Notes under the pieces: generated by a model
Databases searched by the model: none
The model's input: only the letters and a program-made list of their open reading frames with translations
Told to the model about the DNA's origin: nothing
Program-made: the position numbers and the translations under genes
NCBI GenBank assembly: GCA_039803745.1
Contig: JBDRZD010000022.1
Location: 1-27,956 of the forward strand
DNA from: a candidate division WOR-3 bacterium
GTDB taxonomy: Bacteria > Hydrothermota > Hydrothermia > Hydrothermales > Hydrothermaceae
Direction of reading: 5' to 3'
DNA: 27,956 nucleotides
Shown here: positions 8,968 through 18,225 of the stretch, one piece after another
Layout: each line of letters opens with the position of its first letter
Position numbering within the stretch: the stretch's first letter is position 1

Positions 8968-11900
8968 ATGAAAAAAATAGTGAAAGTAGTGGTAATAGGG
9001 GTTGTTATCTCGCTCTATGCAAAAGAACTCCCCAAACCCGAATTTACAATATCAAAAGCAAAGATAATTGAAACAAAATTACCAGCACCCATTATAGATA
9101 CAAATAGAATATGGGTAGGTGCTACAGTGAATCCCACAAGAGAAGTTGTGATAGGGAAATATTTCAAAGGAATAAATGATGATACAATAAGGATAATTAC
9201 TGTTCAATCTTCTGGAACAAATAACCTTGTTATTGCAACTGATACATCTTCATCTTCCTTTGGAAAGAATAAATTTAGAATAAACCTGCCCTATACTTTT
9301 CCTTCAGGTGCTTATGCAGTTGCTATCGGAAATATTGATGGAGACGAATACACTGATATAATTGTTGGTCTTTCATCATCCCCTTATACAGTTTACTGGT
9401 TTGAATGGAACGATGTTTTACCAGGATGGGAATTAAAAGGTTCCTTTAATGCACCGGGTCCTGTGAACGATATAGTGATTGGAGATGCAAATAATGATGG
9501 GAATCCAAACGAAATTGTATTAACAGCTGCCACAACATCTCCACCACAGATTTTAAGGGTAATCTGGACACAGGCTGGATGGGATATAACAACAATATCT
9601 CTTACAGGAAGTTATGCACCAAGGGGTGTCGCAATAGGTGATGTAAGACCTGATATCCCTGGTAATGAGTTATATGTGGTTGGTTCTTCTGCAATATGGA
9701 TGGTATACTGGGATGGTTCAAACTGGATAGTCTCACCAATAACTACAGGTGTGACTGGTTCTTGGGATGTTGTTATAGGAGATATTGATCCAGAACTTTA
9801 TGGGAATGAATTTGCAGTTGTTCATGGTTCCACTTCTTATCAGGTTTCTGTATGGAACTGGACAGGTTCTGTATGGAGTGGAAGGGCATGGTTATGGACA
9901 ACCACATGGGGAACCTCTGATAATGATATTGCTATAGGAAATGTTATTACAGATAACAAAGGAAATGAACTTATAATAACAGGTGGTTACTCATCTTCTG
10001 CAATTCCTGTAATTTTCTGGATTGGTCCTGGTGGAAGCGCATGGATAAGATTGATTCCAAAATCTGTTTCAGGGCAAATTGATTATGGAGTTGCTATAGG
10101 AGATGTTAATAAATTTAGAAATTACAATCAGGAGTTTGTGATAAGTGGAGGAGGTTCACTTGTTGAAGGAGAACAAAGAGTTTATTCAGATGATATAGGA
10201 ACATACTGGATAAGAATGAAAAATTTAACAGCAATAAGGAATTTACCTGATACAATAATTCTTGGGATTTTCAATGCAGGTTATTCTCCTCAATCAAATT
10301 TTTATATAAATTATTATTTTAAAACGAGCCCGATAACCGGTAGCCGTTTATATACAAGAACACTCCCTCCTTTTGAAACTGACACTGTTAAAATTCCTGT
10401 AACAATGAATTTTCTTGGAATGGATACACTATTTTTAACAACTGCTTTAACAGGGGACCAGAATCCTTTTAATGATAGAACTCCTTTACATATAGAAGTG
10501 TATGATGATTCAACAAGGTGTGCCTCTGGTTTCAATCCTGTTTTATTTCCTCCTTCCAATTCAACAATTCCACCGACCTCCTGGCAAAGAATAATTGTTT
10601 CAGGAACATATAACTGGGAAAGATTTACTTCCCCCACAAACCCTTCTGCCCCTGTTTTAGAGGGATATGCAGTGGCAGGTTATAGATCTTTTAATGCCTC
10701 CTCTGGTTCAAGGGCAAGATTGATAACCCATCCTTTCAATGTAGGTAATATTGCGAGAAAGATAATGCTCAGGTTCTATATGTATCATGATCCCGGATAT
10801 TCTACCTCTCCTGATTCAATAATTGTTGAATATTCCTATGATGCTATTACATTCCAAAGAGTTGCAGGATTTGCAAGATATTCATCAACAGCAGGCTGGA
10901 CTCAACATAATGTTGAGATTGGTGATTTCCCACCCGATAAAATTCTATATATTTCTTTTCTTGCAAAAAGCGGCTATGGAAATAATATGTTTATTGATTC
11001 AGTGAGAATATTTGCAACAGAACCAACAGCAGCAAGTAACGATGCAGGAATTACTGGGATTCTTCCTCTTCCAAAACCTGTTCATGTAGGGGACCAACTT
11101 GAAATAAAGGCAATAATAAAGAACTTTGGACTCAATCCTATTACATCAGTCCCTGTATTCTATACCCTTGGTGGAACTGATACAATATGGGAAACATGGA
11201 CAGGCTATTTGGAAATAAATGAAATAGATACCTTTACATTCGCAACTTTATTTGTGCCTCAGGATACAGGAATCATAACCCTTTATGCAGGAACACAACT
11301 TCCAAATGACCAGAATCCATCAAACGATATTTCAAGCATTACATTTAGAGTATGTCCAATGTATCATGTTCCTCCTTATACAAAGGATTTTGATGAACAG
11401 TGGTTAAATTCAACAGAGCCCCCATTCTGTGGATGGAAAATAATTGATGGAGGAACACAATCACCACCAGTTGTTGATAACAATGACTGGCATAGATATG
11501 TTTCTACATCGCCTCCGAGAACCGTTGCAAGGATTTATTATTCACCTGTTGAATGGAGTGATGACTGGCTTATCTCACCAAGATTTAATTGTTCGTCTTA
11601 CGGAACATATACCCTTTCTTTCTGGCATTATTATAACGATTTTACCACTGCAAGGCTTGACTCAGGAAGAGTTCTCTTATCAACTGATGGTGGGAATACA
11701 TGGATAAAAATTGCAATGTATTCAAATCAGGATGATTCAGGTTATAAATATTTTGACATAACCCAGTTTGTGAATGGTAAGGATAATGTTAAAATTGCTT
11801 TCCATTATGTCGCCAATGACGAATTCTGGTGGTATATAGATGATTTTTCAATTCAATTCACTCCAGATAATCAAGGTCCCTCAATAACAGTAATACAAAG

Positions 11901-13647
11901 ACCACAAAATGCCTATCAAGGACCTTACATTGTGAAAGCAATAATTCAGGATATTTCAGGAATAAGTGCAGATTCCCTTTATTATGTAGTTGGTGGAGAA
12001 CTTTATGCAATAACCCATACTATTGTTTCAGGAGATACATTTACATATGAGATACCTGACCAATCCCCTGGACAGGTTGTTGACTTTTATATAACAGCAA
12101 AGGATAATGCATTGAATACAACAATCACACAAACTTATTCTTTCTATATTCTCTATCCAATTGCTCCCTCAAACCTAATAGCCTATGGTGTTCCAGGAGA
12201 AAATGAAGTGAAACTTGAATGGGATGCACCCTATGAAGAACTTTATTATGACTCTGGTCCCTATTATTACTGGCCGGGATGGATACAGGGAGACATGATT
12301 GCAACAAGATTCACTCCCCAATATTATCCATGCAAAATTCAAGCAGTTGCAATGATGTTCTATCAAGTTCCTGATACTGCAGAACTTATCATCTGGCAGG
12401 ATGATGGAACAGGAAATCCAGGAAATATAATTTATTCTGATACTGTAATAATCACTAATCTATATCCTAATTACCAGGTTTTTGACCTTTCTTCCCAAAA
12501 TATTTTAATTACTTCAGGTGACTTTCATGTAGGTATTAAATGGCTTGGAGATGATTCTCCGTATATAATTTCTGATGATACTTCTTATACAACAAGAAGT
12601 AAATACAATATAGGAACTGGATGGATACCTATAGGTTATGATTTTGTAATTTCCTCATTTGTTTCTTATTTACCCGGTTTACTTTCTTCAAAGAATCCAA
12701 ACTTTAATTTTTATTCTGCTAAGGAAAATGTTAGAAAGGAAAAATCTTCATTATATGATTTAAAAATATCAAAATCTATTTCAAGACCTTTTAAATTCCA
12801 GATCACAGAAAGAGTTTCTTATAAAAAGCCAAACCTTTATCGTGAAATACTCGGTATAGAGAATTTTGAGATTTTAAGAAGTTTAACACAGGGCGGACCT
12901 TATACATCAATTGGAACAACAACAGAAACATTCTATTCTGATCCTAATGTGAATACTCATACTTTCTATTATTATGTAGTGAAAGCAAATTATGTTCAGC
13001 CAGAAACAACCTCTGCTTATTCAAATGAAGCCCAAATAGGGGTTGACTTTACAGCGCCATTATATGAAAATACAACATTTGATTTGTTTGACACAACCCT
13101 TTATGTCTCAACACAGATTACCGATTGGACAGGTCTTCTCTATGATTCACTTGGATATAGACTGAATGGTGGAGCATTTAGTTACATTACAAGTGATAGT
13201 GTATCAGGTTCAACATATTATTATTCAATTCCAGTTCCTTCAGGAACAAATTTAATTGAATTTTATCTTTTCTCAGAAGATTCCTCATGGTGGAGAAATT
13301 TTGGAAGGGATCCTGATTCTGGTTATTATGAATTTGTGGGAGTTAAGGAGAAGGTAAAACTTATCCCTGATAAATTCTTCTTCAAAATTGTAAATTCAAT
13401 ATGCAAGGACAAGTTCATAAAATTTGTTTATGGAATACCGAAGAAAACAAAGGTTGAAATAACTGTTTATAATTTATCAGGAAGAAAGATTAAAACCCTT
13501 ATAAATGAAGTAAAGGAACCAGGCATATATTACCTCTTATGGAATGCTCGGGATGAAAAGGGCAATGAAATAGGGCAGGGTGTATATTTTGTGAAAATTA
13601 AAACAGAGGAAAAAGGAGAAATTAAGAAGTTTGTAAAGATTAAATAA
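8968..13647 (+). CDS. Large secreted adhesin-like protein: FG-GAP/VCBS-like beta-propeller, two CARDB-like Ig domains, two cleaved-adhesin/MAM-like domains, interrupted FnIII and FlgD/T9SS-like C-terminal domain
   Basis: Signal peptide. Seven [AV]IG[DNK] blade motifs (VVIGKY, VAIGNIDGD, IVIGDANND, VAIGDVRPD, VVIGDIDPE, IAIGNVITD, VAIGDVNK). Repeated DQNPxND. DDWLISP...WYIDD and NMFIDSV jelly-rolls. Tail VYNLSGRKIKTL...WNARDEKG...GVYFVK. Confidence 0.75.
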   Translation: MKKIVKVVVIGVVISLYAKELPKPEFTISKAKIIETKLPAPIIDTNRIWVGATVNPTREVVIGKYFKGINDDTIRIITVQSSGTNNLVIATDTSSSSFGKNKFRINLPYTFPSGAYAVAIGNIDGDEYTDIIVGLSSSPYTVYWFEWNDVLPGWELKGSFNAPGPVNDIVIGDANNDGNPNEIVLTAATTSPPQILRVIWTQAGWDITTISLTGSYAPRGVAIGDVRPDIPGNELYVVGSSAIWMVYWDGSNWIVSPITTGVTGSWDVVIGDIDPELYGNEFAVVHGSTSYQVSVWNWTGSVWSGRAWLWTTTWGTSDNDIAIGNVITDNKGNELIITGGYSSSAIPVIFWIGPGGSAWIRLIPKSVSGQIDYGVAIGDVNKFRNYNQEFVISGGGSLVEGEQRVYSDDIGTYWIRMKNLTAIRNLPDTIILGIFNAGYSPQSNFYINYYFKTSPITGSRLYTRTLPPFETDTVKIPVTMNFLGMDTLFLTTALTGDQNPFNDRTPLHIEVYDDSTRCASGFNPVLFPPSNSTIPPTSWQRIIVSGTYNWERFTSPTNPSAPVLEGYAVAGYRSFNASSGSRARLITHPFNVGNIARKIMLRFYMYHDPGYSTSPDSIIVEYSYDAITFQRVAGFARYSSTAGWTQHNVEIGDFPPDKILYISFLAKSGYGNNMFIDSVRIFATEPTAASNDAGITGILPLPKPVHVGDQLEIKAIIKNFGLNPITSVPVFYTLGGTDTIWETWTGYLEINEIDTFTFATLFVPQDTGIITLYAGTQLPNDQNPSNDISSITFRVCPMYHVPPYTKDFDEQWLNSTEPPFCGWKIIDGGTQSPPVVDNNDWHRYVSTSPPRTVARIYYSPVEWSDDWLISPRFNCSSYGTYTLSFWHYYNDFTTARLDSGRVLLSTDGGNTWIKIAMYSNQDDSGYKYFDITQFVNGKDNVKIAFHYVANDEFWWYIDDFSIQFTPDNQGPSITVIQRPQNAYQGPYIVKAIIQDISGISADSLYYVVGGELYAITHTIVSGDTFTYEIPDQSPGQVVDFYITAKDNALNTTITQTYSFYILYPIAPSNLIAYGVPGENEVKLEWDAPYEELYYDSGPYYYWPGWIQGDMIATRFTPQYYPCKIQAVAMMFYQVPDTAELIIWQDDGTGNPGNIIYSDTVIITNLYPNYQVFDLSSQNILITSGDFHVGIKWLGDDSPYIISDDTSYTTRSKYNIGTGWIPIGYDFVISSFVSYLPGLLSSKNPNFNFYSAKENVRKEKSSLYDLKISKSISRPFKFQITERVSYKKPNLYREILGIENFEILRSLTQGGPYTSIGTTTETFYSDPNVNTHTFYYYVVKANYVQPETTSAYSNEAQIGVDFTAPLYENTTFDLFDTTLYVSTQITDWTGLLYDSLGYRLNGGAFSYITSDSVSGSTYYYSIPVPSGTNLIEFYLFSEDSSWWRNFGRDPDSGYYEFVGVKEKVKLIPDKFFFKIVNSICKDKFIKFVYGIPKKTKVEITVYNLSGRKIKTLINEVKEPGIYYLLWNARDEKGNEIGQGVYFVKIKTEEKGEIKKFVKIK

Positions 13648-13652
13648 AAATT

Positions 13653-14636
13653 TTAAAGGGAGGGGGAAGTTTTATTTTTAAATATAAAAGAAGTGTGAAT
13701 TTGTAAAATTTCATTATTGTTTTTTAAAAATTCTTTTAAAATTTTTTTATATTTATCAAAATCTGTATTCCCTGCACATATAATGCAATTCCTTAAAAAA
13801 TTTATATAGCCTATCCTTTTAAATGGTGTATTTTTGAAAATTTTTTTAAAATCTTCTTCTTTTAATCTTAAAAAATCTTCAAGAGAAAAATTTAAAATTT
13901 CATAATTTGGTTTTAAAAAGTTTTCGTCATATTTTAATGGATTTTTATTCCACGGACATACTTCCTGACATATATCGCATCCAAAAATATTGTTTCCTAT
14001 TTTTTTAATTAATTCTTCTTCTATTATCCCTTTATATTCAATTGTTAAATATGAAATGCATTTTCTTGCGTCAAGTAAAAAATTTTCTTTTAATGCACCT
14101 GTTGGGCATGCTTCAATACATTTTTTACATTTACCGCAAAAATTTTCATTTTCTCCATTTACTAATTTCCGGATTTCAAAGGGTAAAATTATTTCGGCAA
14201 GAAAAAAATAAGAGCCCTTTTTAAAAGATATTAGATTTGTATTCTTACCGATAAATCCTAACCCTGCCTTTTGAGCAAAAGACCTTTCTAAAATTGGACC
14301 TGTATCAATATATATTTTCCCATAAACATTGTATTTTTTCAAAATCTCTTTTAATCTTTCCTTTATCCATAAGTGATAGTCATAAAAAATGGCATATCTT
14401 GAAATTCTGTATTCTTTTTGAGGGATTTCTATGTAATAGGGTATGCCAATAACCATACAGGATTTCGCTTCTCTAAAAATATTGTCTAAACTTTCCCTTT
14501 CTTTTATTTTTTCCATATACTTCATCTCCCCATGATAACCTTCTTTAACCCATCTTTTATAAAAATCATAGTGCTCTTTAATTGGATAGATATTAGTAAA
14601 GGAATAAGGAATATTTTTTAATTCCTTAAACTCCAT
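13653..14636 (-). CDS. queG: tRNA epoxyqueuosine(34) reductase
   Basis: GYHGEMKYM, SRYA..DYH, DTGPILER, AGLGFIGKN, CGKCKKCIEACPTGA, CISYLTIE and GCDICQEVCPWN. Confidence 0.93.
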   Translation of the reverse strand: MEFKELKNIPYSFTNIYPIKEHYDFYKRWVKEGYHGEMKYMEKIKERESLDNIFREAKSCMVIGIPYYIEIPQKEYRISRYAIFYDYHLWIKERLKEILKKYNVYGKIYIDTGPILERSFAQKAGLGFIGKNTNLISFKKGSYFFLAEIILPFEIRKLVNGENENFCGKCKKCIEACPTGALKENFLLDARKCISYLTIEYKGIIEEELIKKIGNNIFGCDICQEVCPWNKNPLKYDENFLKPNYEILNFSLEDFLRLKEEDFKKIFKNTPFKRIGYINFLRNCIICAGNTDFDKYKKILKEFLKNNNEILQIHTSFIFKNKTSPSL

Positions 14637-14642
14637 ATTTAA

Positions 14643-14690
14643 ATTTTAATGAAAATTTATTTTGTAATCAAAATTTAAAAACTTTATAAT
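14643..14690. promoter_or_regulatory. Back-to-back leaderless promoters in a 60-nt intergenic region
   Basis: Minus: TTGATT (14671-14666), 17 nt, TAAAAT (14648-14643), 6 nt to queG ATG. Plus: TTGTAA (14662-14667), 17 nt, TATAAT (14685-14690), 6 nt to GNAT ATG. No SD on either side. Confidence 0.6.
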
Positions 14691-14696
14691 TTTAAT

Positions 14697-15845
14697 ATGA
14701 TAAAGGTGATAGAAGTTGAAAATAAAAGAGATTTAATAAAATTTATTGAGATGCCCTATAAGATCTATAAAGAATATAATTTTATTCCCCTTTTAAAAAG
14801 AATGGAAATGGAAAATCTTGATCCAAATGGGAAAAGTCCTGCTTTTAAAAAGATGGATTTAAAATATTTTATTGCTTATAAAAATAATGAGCCTGCTGGA
14901 AGAATAATTGCTTATACTGCAATGCATCCTGTTGTAGGGGTTGATCTTGAAAAAACTGGTTTTTTTGGCTATTTTGAATGTATAAATGATCAGGAAGTTG
15001 CTGAGAAACTTTTTGAAAAGGTAGAAGAATTTTTAAAAAATAAAGGTAAAAAAGAAATAATAGGTCCTGCAAGTTTTGCCTATGATGGATTATGGGGGAT
15101 ACAGATAGAAGGGTTTGACAGGATGCAGATGATAATGATACCGTTTCATCCACCTTATTATAAAGATTTATTAGAAAAATGTAAATTCAAAAAAAAGATA
15201 GATTTCTTTGCATGGCATTTCAATCTTGAAAATGAACCCGAGGAAAGAATTGAAAAGGCTAAGAAAATGGAAGATATGATAAAAGAGAAGGGTAAACTTA
15301 TTATAAGAAATGCCAATATGAAAAGGATAAAAGAAGAAATGGAAATAGTAAGAAATATTTATAATAAAGCATGGGAAAATAACTGGGGAACAGTTTTACT
15401 TGATGAGGATGACATTGAGTATATTACAGAAGAACTTAAACCAGTTTTAGTAGAAGAAACAGTTCAAATTGCTGAATTTAATGATAAGCCGGTTGGAATT
15501 GGAATTGGTATTCCAAATATTTTTGAGGCGATAAGAGATATGAATGGTAAATTGAATTTATTAAATATTATAAAATTATTATACAGACTTGGCAAAATTC
15601 CATTCCCATCAAGACCAAGACTTAAAACAGGAAGACTTTTATTACTCGGTGTCCTTGAAGAATATAGAGAGGGAATTGGTGTAATTCTTGCAGCAAAACT
15701 TTTTAAAATTGGAAGGAAACTCGGATATAAAGAAGCAGAGGGTTCTTTAACTTTGGAAGATAATTATGCAATAAATAATTTGATAAAAAGGCTTGGTGGT
15801 AATCCTTATAAAAGATTCAGGGTTTATTCCAAAGAGATTGTTTGA
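14697..15845 (+). CDS. Tandem-GNAT N-acyltransferase, YghO / bacterial ceramide synthase-like
   Basis: FIEMPYKIY, FIAY..N.PAGRIIA, GFFGYFEC, IIGP, EGFD, HPPYY, IYNKAWENNWG, LGVLEEYR and LEDN..IN...GG.PYKRFRVY match the family pattern. Confidence 0.7.
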   Translation: MIKVIEVENKRDLIKFIEMPYKIYKEYNFIPLLKRMEMENLDPNGKSPAFKKMDLKYFIAYKNNEPAGRIIAYTAMHPVVGVDLEKTGFFGYFECINDQEVAEKLFEKVEEFLKNKGKKEIIGPASFAYDGLWGIQIEGFDRMQMIMIPFHPPYYKDLLEKCKFKKKIDFFAWHFNLENEPEERIEKAKKMEDMIKEKGKLIIRNANMKRIKEEMEIVRNIYNKAWENNWGTVLLDEDDIEYITEELKPVLVEETVQIAEFNDKPVGIGIGIPNIFEAIRDMNGKLNLLNIIKLLYRLGKIPFPSRPRLKTGRLLLLGVLEEYREGIGVILAAKLFKIGRKLGYKEAEGSLTLEDNYAINNLIKRLGGNPYKRFRVYSKEIV

Positions 15846-17047
15846 TAATATTCAAGCATTTCCTTAATTATGTCTTTTAATGTAAAATTTATTCTAAATC
15901 CCAATTTTTTGATCTTTGTATTATCACATAAAAGTATAGGTGCATCAGAAGGTCTCAACCTTTTCTCATCTATTAAAATTTCTATTTTCCCTTTTTGAGT
16001 TTCTATAATAACGCCTTCATCTTCTATATCAAAATTTATTTTTTCTTTCATTACTAATTCATCAATATTAAATGAATCGAATTTAAACCCATAAATATTA
16101 ATCTTCCTTTCCTCAAGTGGATTTTCAATTTTTTTCTTTAAATATTTTTTACTTTTTATTTCAAAAATCTTGAATCCTGCACATTCAAGAGAAAGGAGAA
16201 TGAATGTTAAGACTGAGTTTGTTCTTCCTGAACCAAGATTATAAACACTCCCATTTTCACCTTTTTCAGCAATAAGTATATAACCCTTTACAATATCTTT
16301 CACATGGGACCAATCCCTCATTGCCATGATATTGCCTGCTTTTATTTTGTTTATTCCTTCCCTTTTACATAGTATGACCTGGTTAATTATATCTCTGCTA
16401 ACAAAACCTTTTCCCCTTCCAGCACCTTCATGATTAAATGATCTTGCAACAATTCCCTTTATTTTTGTAAAATTGCTATACTGTCTTGTTAAAAAATCAC
16501 CATAAATTTTAGTTAAAGCATAAGGGGAGAGAGGTCTTAAAGGATTATCTTCATTTACAGGAAATTCAGGTATTTTATTAGGCCTTGGTATTATCTCTCC
16601 ATATTTTTTCTTTAATTTTTTATATTGTTTGTATGAAGAAATTACAATTCCGTATTCATCAGAAGAACCTGCAAAGATAAAGGTAGTGCTCGTCTCGGTT
16701 TTTCTTAAAGTCTCAAGTAAATTTAATGTTCCAATGCAATTTGCTTTAAGAAAATCAATGGGTTTTAAAAAGGATTCAAAGGTAGATGATTTTGCAGCGA
16801 GATGAAATATAAAATCCGGTTTTACTTTTTTAATCACCTTGGAGACAAAATTTTTTTCTTCTAAATTACCCTCAAATATTTCTACATTTTCAATTATTTT
16901 TTTTAAAGGATGAATTCCTATTTCACCTGGAAGATCAATCCCATAGACCTCTCCATTTAAGTTTAAGATTTCTTCTGCAAGATAAGGTCCGACAAACCCC
17001 TTGATTCCTGTTATTAAAACCCTTTTATTTTTTAAGAAATTATTCAA
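15824..17047 (-). CDS. GDP-mannose 4,6-dehydratase / GDP-4-keto-6-deoxymannose reductase family extended SDR
   Basis: GIKGFVG, FHLAA, GSSDEYG, SPYALTK (YxxxK), FNHEG, RDWSHVKDIV and RLRPSD. Likely TTG start at 17047, overlapping the upstream stop. Track start 17080 is less likely. Confidence 0.8.
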   Translation of the reverse strand: MNNFLKNKRVLITGIKGFVGPYLAEEILNLNGEVYGIDLPGEIGIHPLKKIIENVEIFEGNLEEKNFVSKVIKKVKPDFIFHLAAKSSTFESFLKPIDFLKANCIGTLNLLETLRKTETSTTFIFAGSSDEYGIVISSYKQYKKLKKKYGEIIPRPNKIPEFPVNEDNPLRPLSPYALTKIYGDFLTRQYSNFTKIKGIVARSFNHEGAGRGKGFVSRDIINQVILCKREGINKIKAGNIMAMRDWSHVKDIVKGYILIAEKGENGSVYNLGSGRTNSVLTFILLSLECAGFKIFEIKSKKYLKKKIENPLEERKINIYGFKFDSFNIDELVMKEKINFDIEDEGVIIETQKGKIEILIDEKRLRPSDAPILLCDNTKIKKLGFRINFTLKDIIKEMLEYYQTISLE

Positions 17048-18212
17048 TTGCGTCAAAACCTGTAAGCGTTTTGCCAACAATCAATGTGTGGATTTCATAT
17101 GTTCCTTCATATGTATGAACACTTTCAAGATTGGCTGCATGTCTCATTGAATTATATTCTGCTGTTATTCCATATGCTCCTAAAATAACCCTTGCTTCCC
17201 TTGCAACATTCAATGCCATTTTTGTGTTATTTCTTTTTACAAGAGAGACATGATAATGTTTTGCTTTACCTTTTTCTTTTAATCTTCCAAGGTGCAAACA
17301 TAAAATTTCAGATTTTACTATTTCTTCAAACATATCTGTGAGTTTTTGCTGAATCAACTGGAATGAACCAATAGGTTTTTTAAATTGGATTCTTGTTTTT
17401 GAATGATTGAGTGCTTCTTCAAAACAAGCCCATGCAGCACCAACACATCCCCATGTTATTCCATATCTTGCTTCATTTAAAGGCATAAGACAACTCTTAA
17501 AGCCAACGGTATTTGGTAATCTATAAGAATCATCAAGTTCTACATCTTCAAGAATTAACTCTGATGTATCAGAAGCCCTCATTGATATTTTTGTTTTTAT
17601 CTCTCTTGAAGAAAAACCCTTTGTCCCCTTTTCAACTATAAATCCGTGAAAATTATTCTCTTCATCTTTTGCCCATATTATCGCAATATCTGCTATTGTT
17701 CCATTTGTTATCCACATCTTTGTTCCATTTAGTATCCATTTATTCCCCTTTTTTATTGCCCTTGTTTCAAGGGATGATGGGTCACTTCCCGCATTTGGCT
17801 CTGTGAGCCCATAACATCCTATAAGTTTTCCTTTTGCCATTTCAGGCAAATATTTTTTCTTCTGCTCTTCTGAGCCAAATGTGTATATGGAATAAATTGC
17901 AAGGGAATTATGAACAGAACAAAAACTTCTTATACCAGAATCCCCGTATTCAAGTTCTTCCATTACAAGTCCATAGGCAACAGGACCAAGAGAAATTCCA
18001 CCATATTCTTCCGGCAATGTAATTCCAAGAAGACCGAGTTCAGCCATTTCAGGAATTAATTCTTTTGGAAATTCACCCTTAAGCCAGTATTCTTTTATAA
18101 TAGGCAAAACTCTATTTTTAACAAATTCCCTTACAGTGTTTCTTATCATCTTTTCTTCCTCAGTGTAATAGGATTCAATTCCATATAAATTTCTAACTTC
18201 ATGAATTTCCAT
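17040..18212 (-). CDS. gcdH: Acyl-CoA dehydrogenase, glutaryl-CoA dehydrogenase-like
   Basis: DSGIRSFCSVHNSL, GCYGLTEPNAGSD, KMWITNG, LNEARYGITWG and MRHAANLESVHTYEGT are GCDH-subfamily patterns. ATG 18212 is preceded by SD AAGGAGG. Confidence 0.8.
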   Translation of the reverse strand: MEIHEVRNLYGIESYYTEEEKMIRNTVREFVKNRVLPIIKEYWLKGEFPKELIPEMAELGLLGITLPEEYGGISLGPVAYGLVMEELEYGDSGIRSFCSVHNSLAIYSIYTFGSEEQKKKYLPEMAKGKLIGCYGLTEPNAGSDPSSLETRAIKKGNKWILNGTKMWITNGTIADIAIIWAKDEENNFHGFIVEKGTKGFSSREIKTKISMRASDTSELILEDVELDDSYRLPNTVGFKSCLMPLNEARYGITWGCVGAAWACFEEALNHSKTRIQFKKPIGSFQLIQQKLTDMFEEIVKSEILCLHLGRLKEKGKAKHYHVSLVKRNNTKMALNVAREARVILGAYGITAEYNSMRHAANLESVHTYEGTYEIHTLIVGKTLTGFDAIE

Positions 18213-18225
18213 TGTTTTTCCCTCC

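Noticed and set aside
4404..13647. Higher GC of the two large secreted genes as evidence of horizontal transfer
   Set aside because: It is explained by G/T/S/P/W-rich amino acid composition. Third positions remain AT-rich, promoters match the rest of the window, and there are no mobility genes.
15824..17047. The SDR next to the GNAT as ceramide reductase CerR
   Set aside because: Its motifs (FNHE, RDWSHV, RLRP) are GMD/RMD-type, and it belongs to a different, convergent operon.
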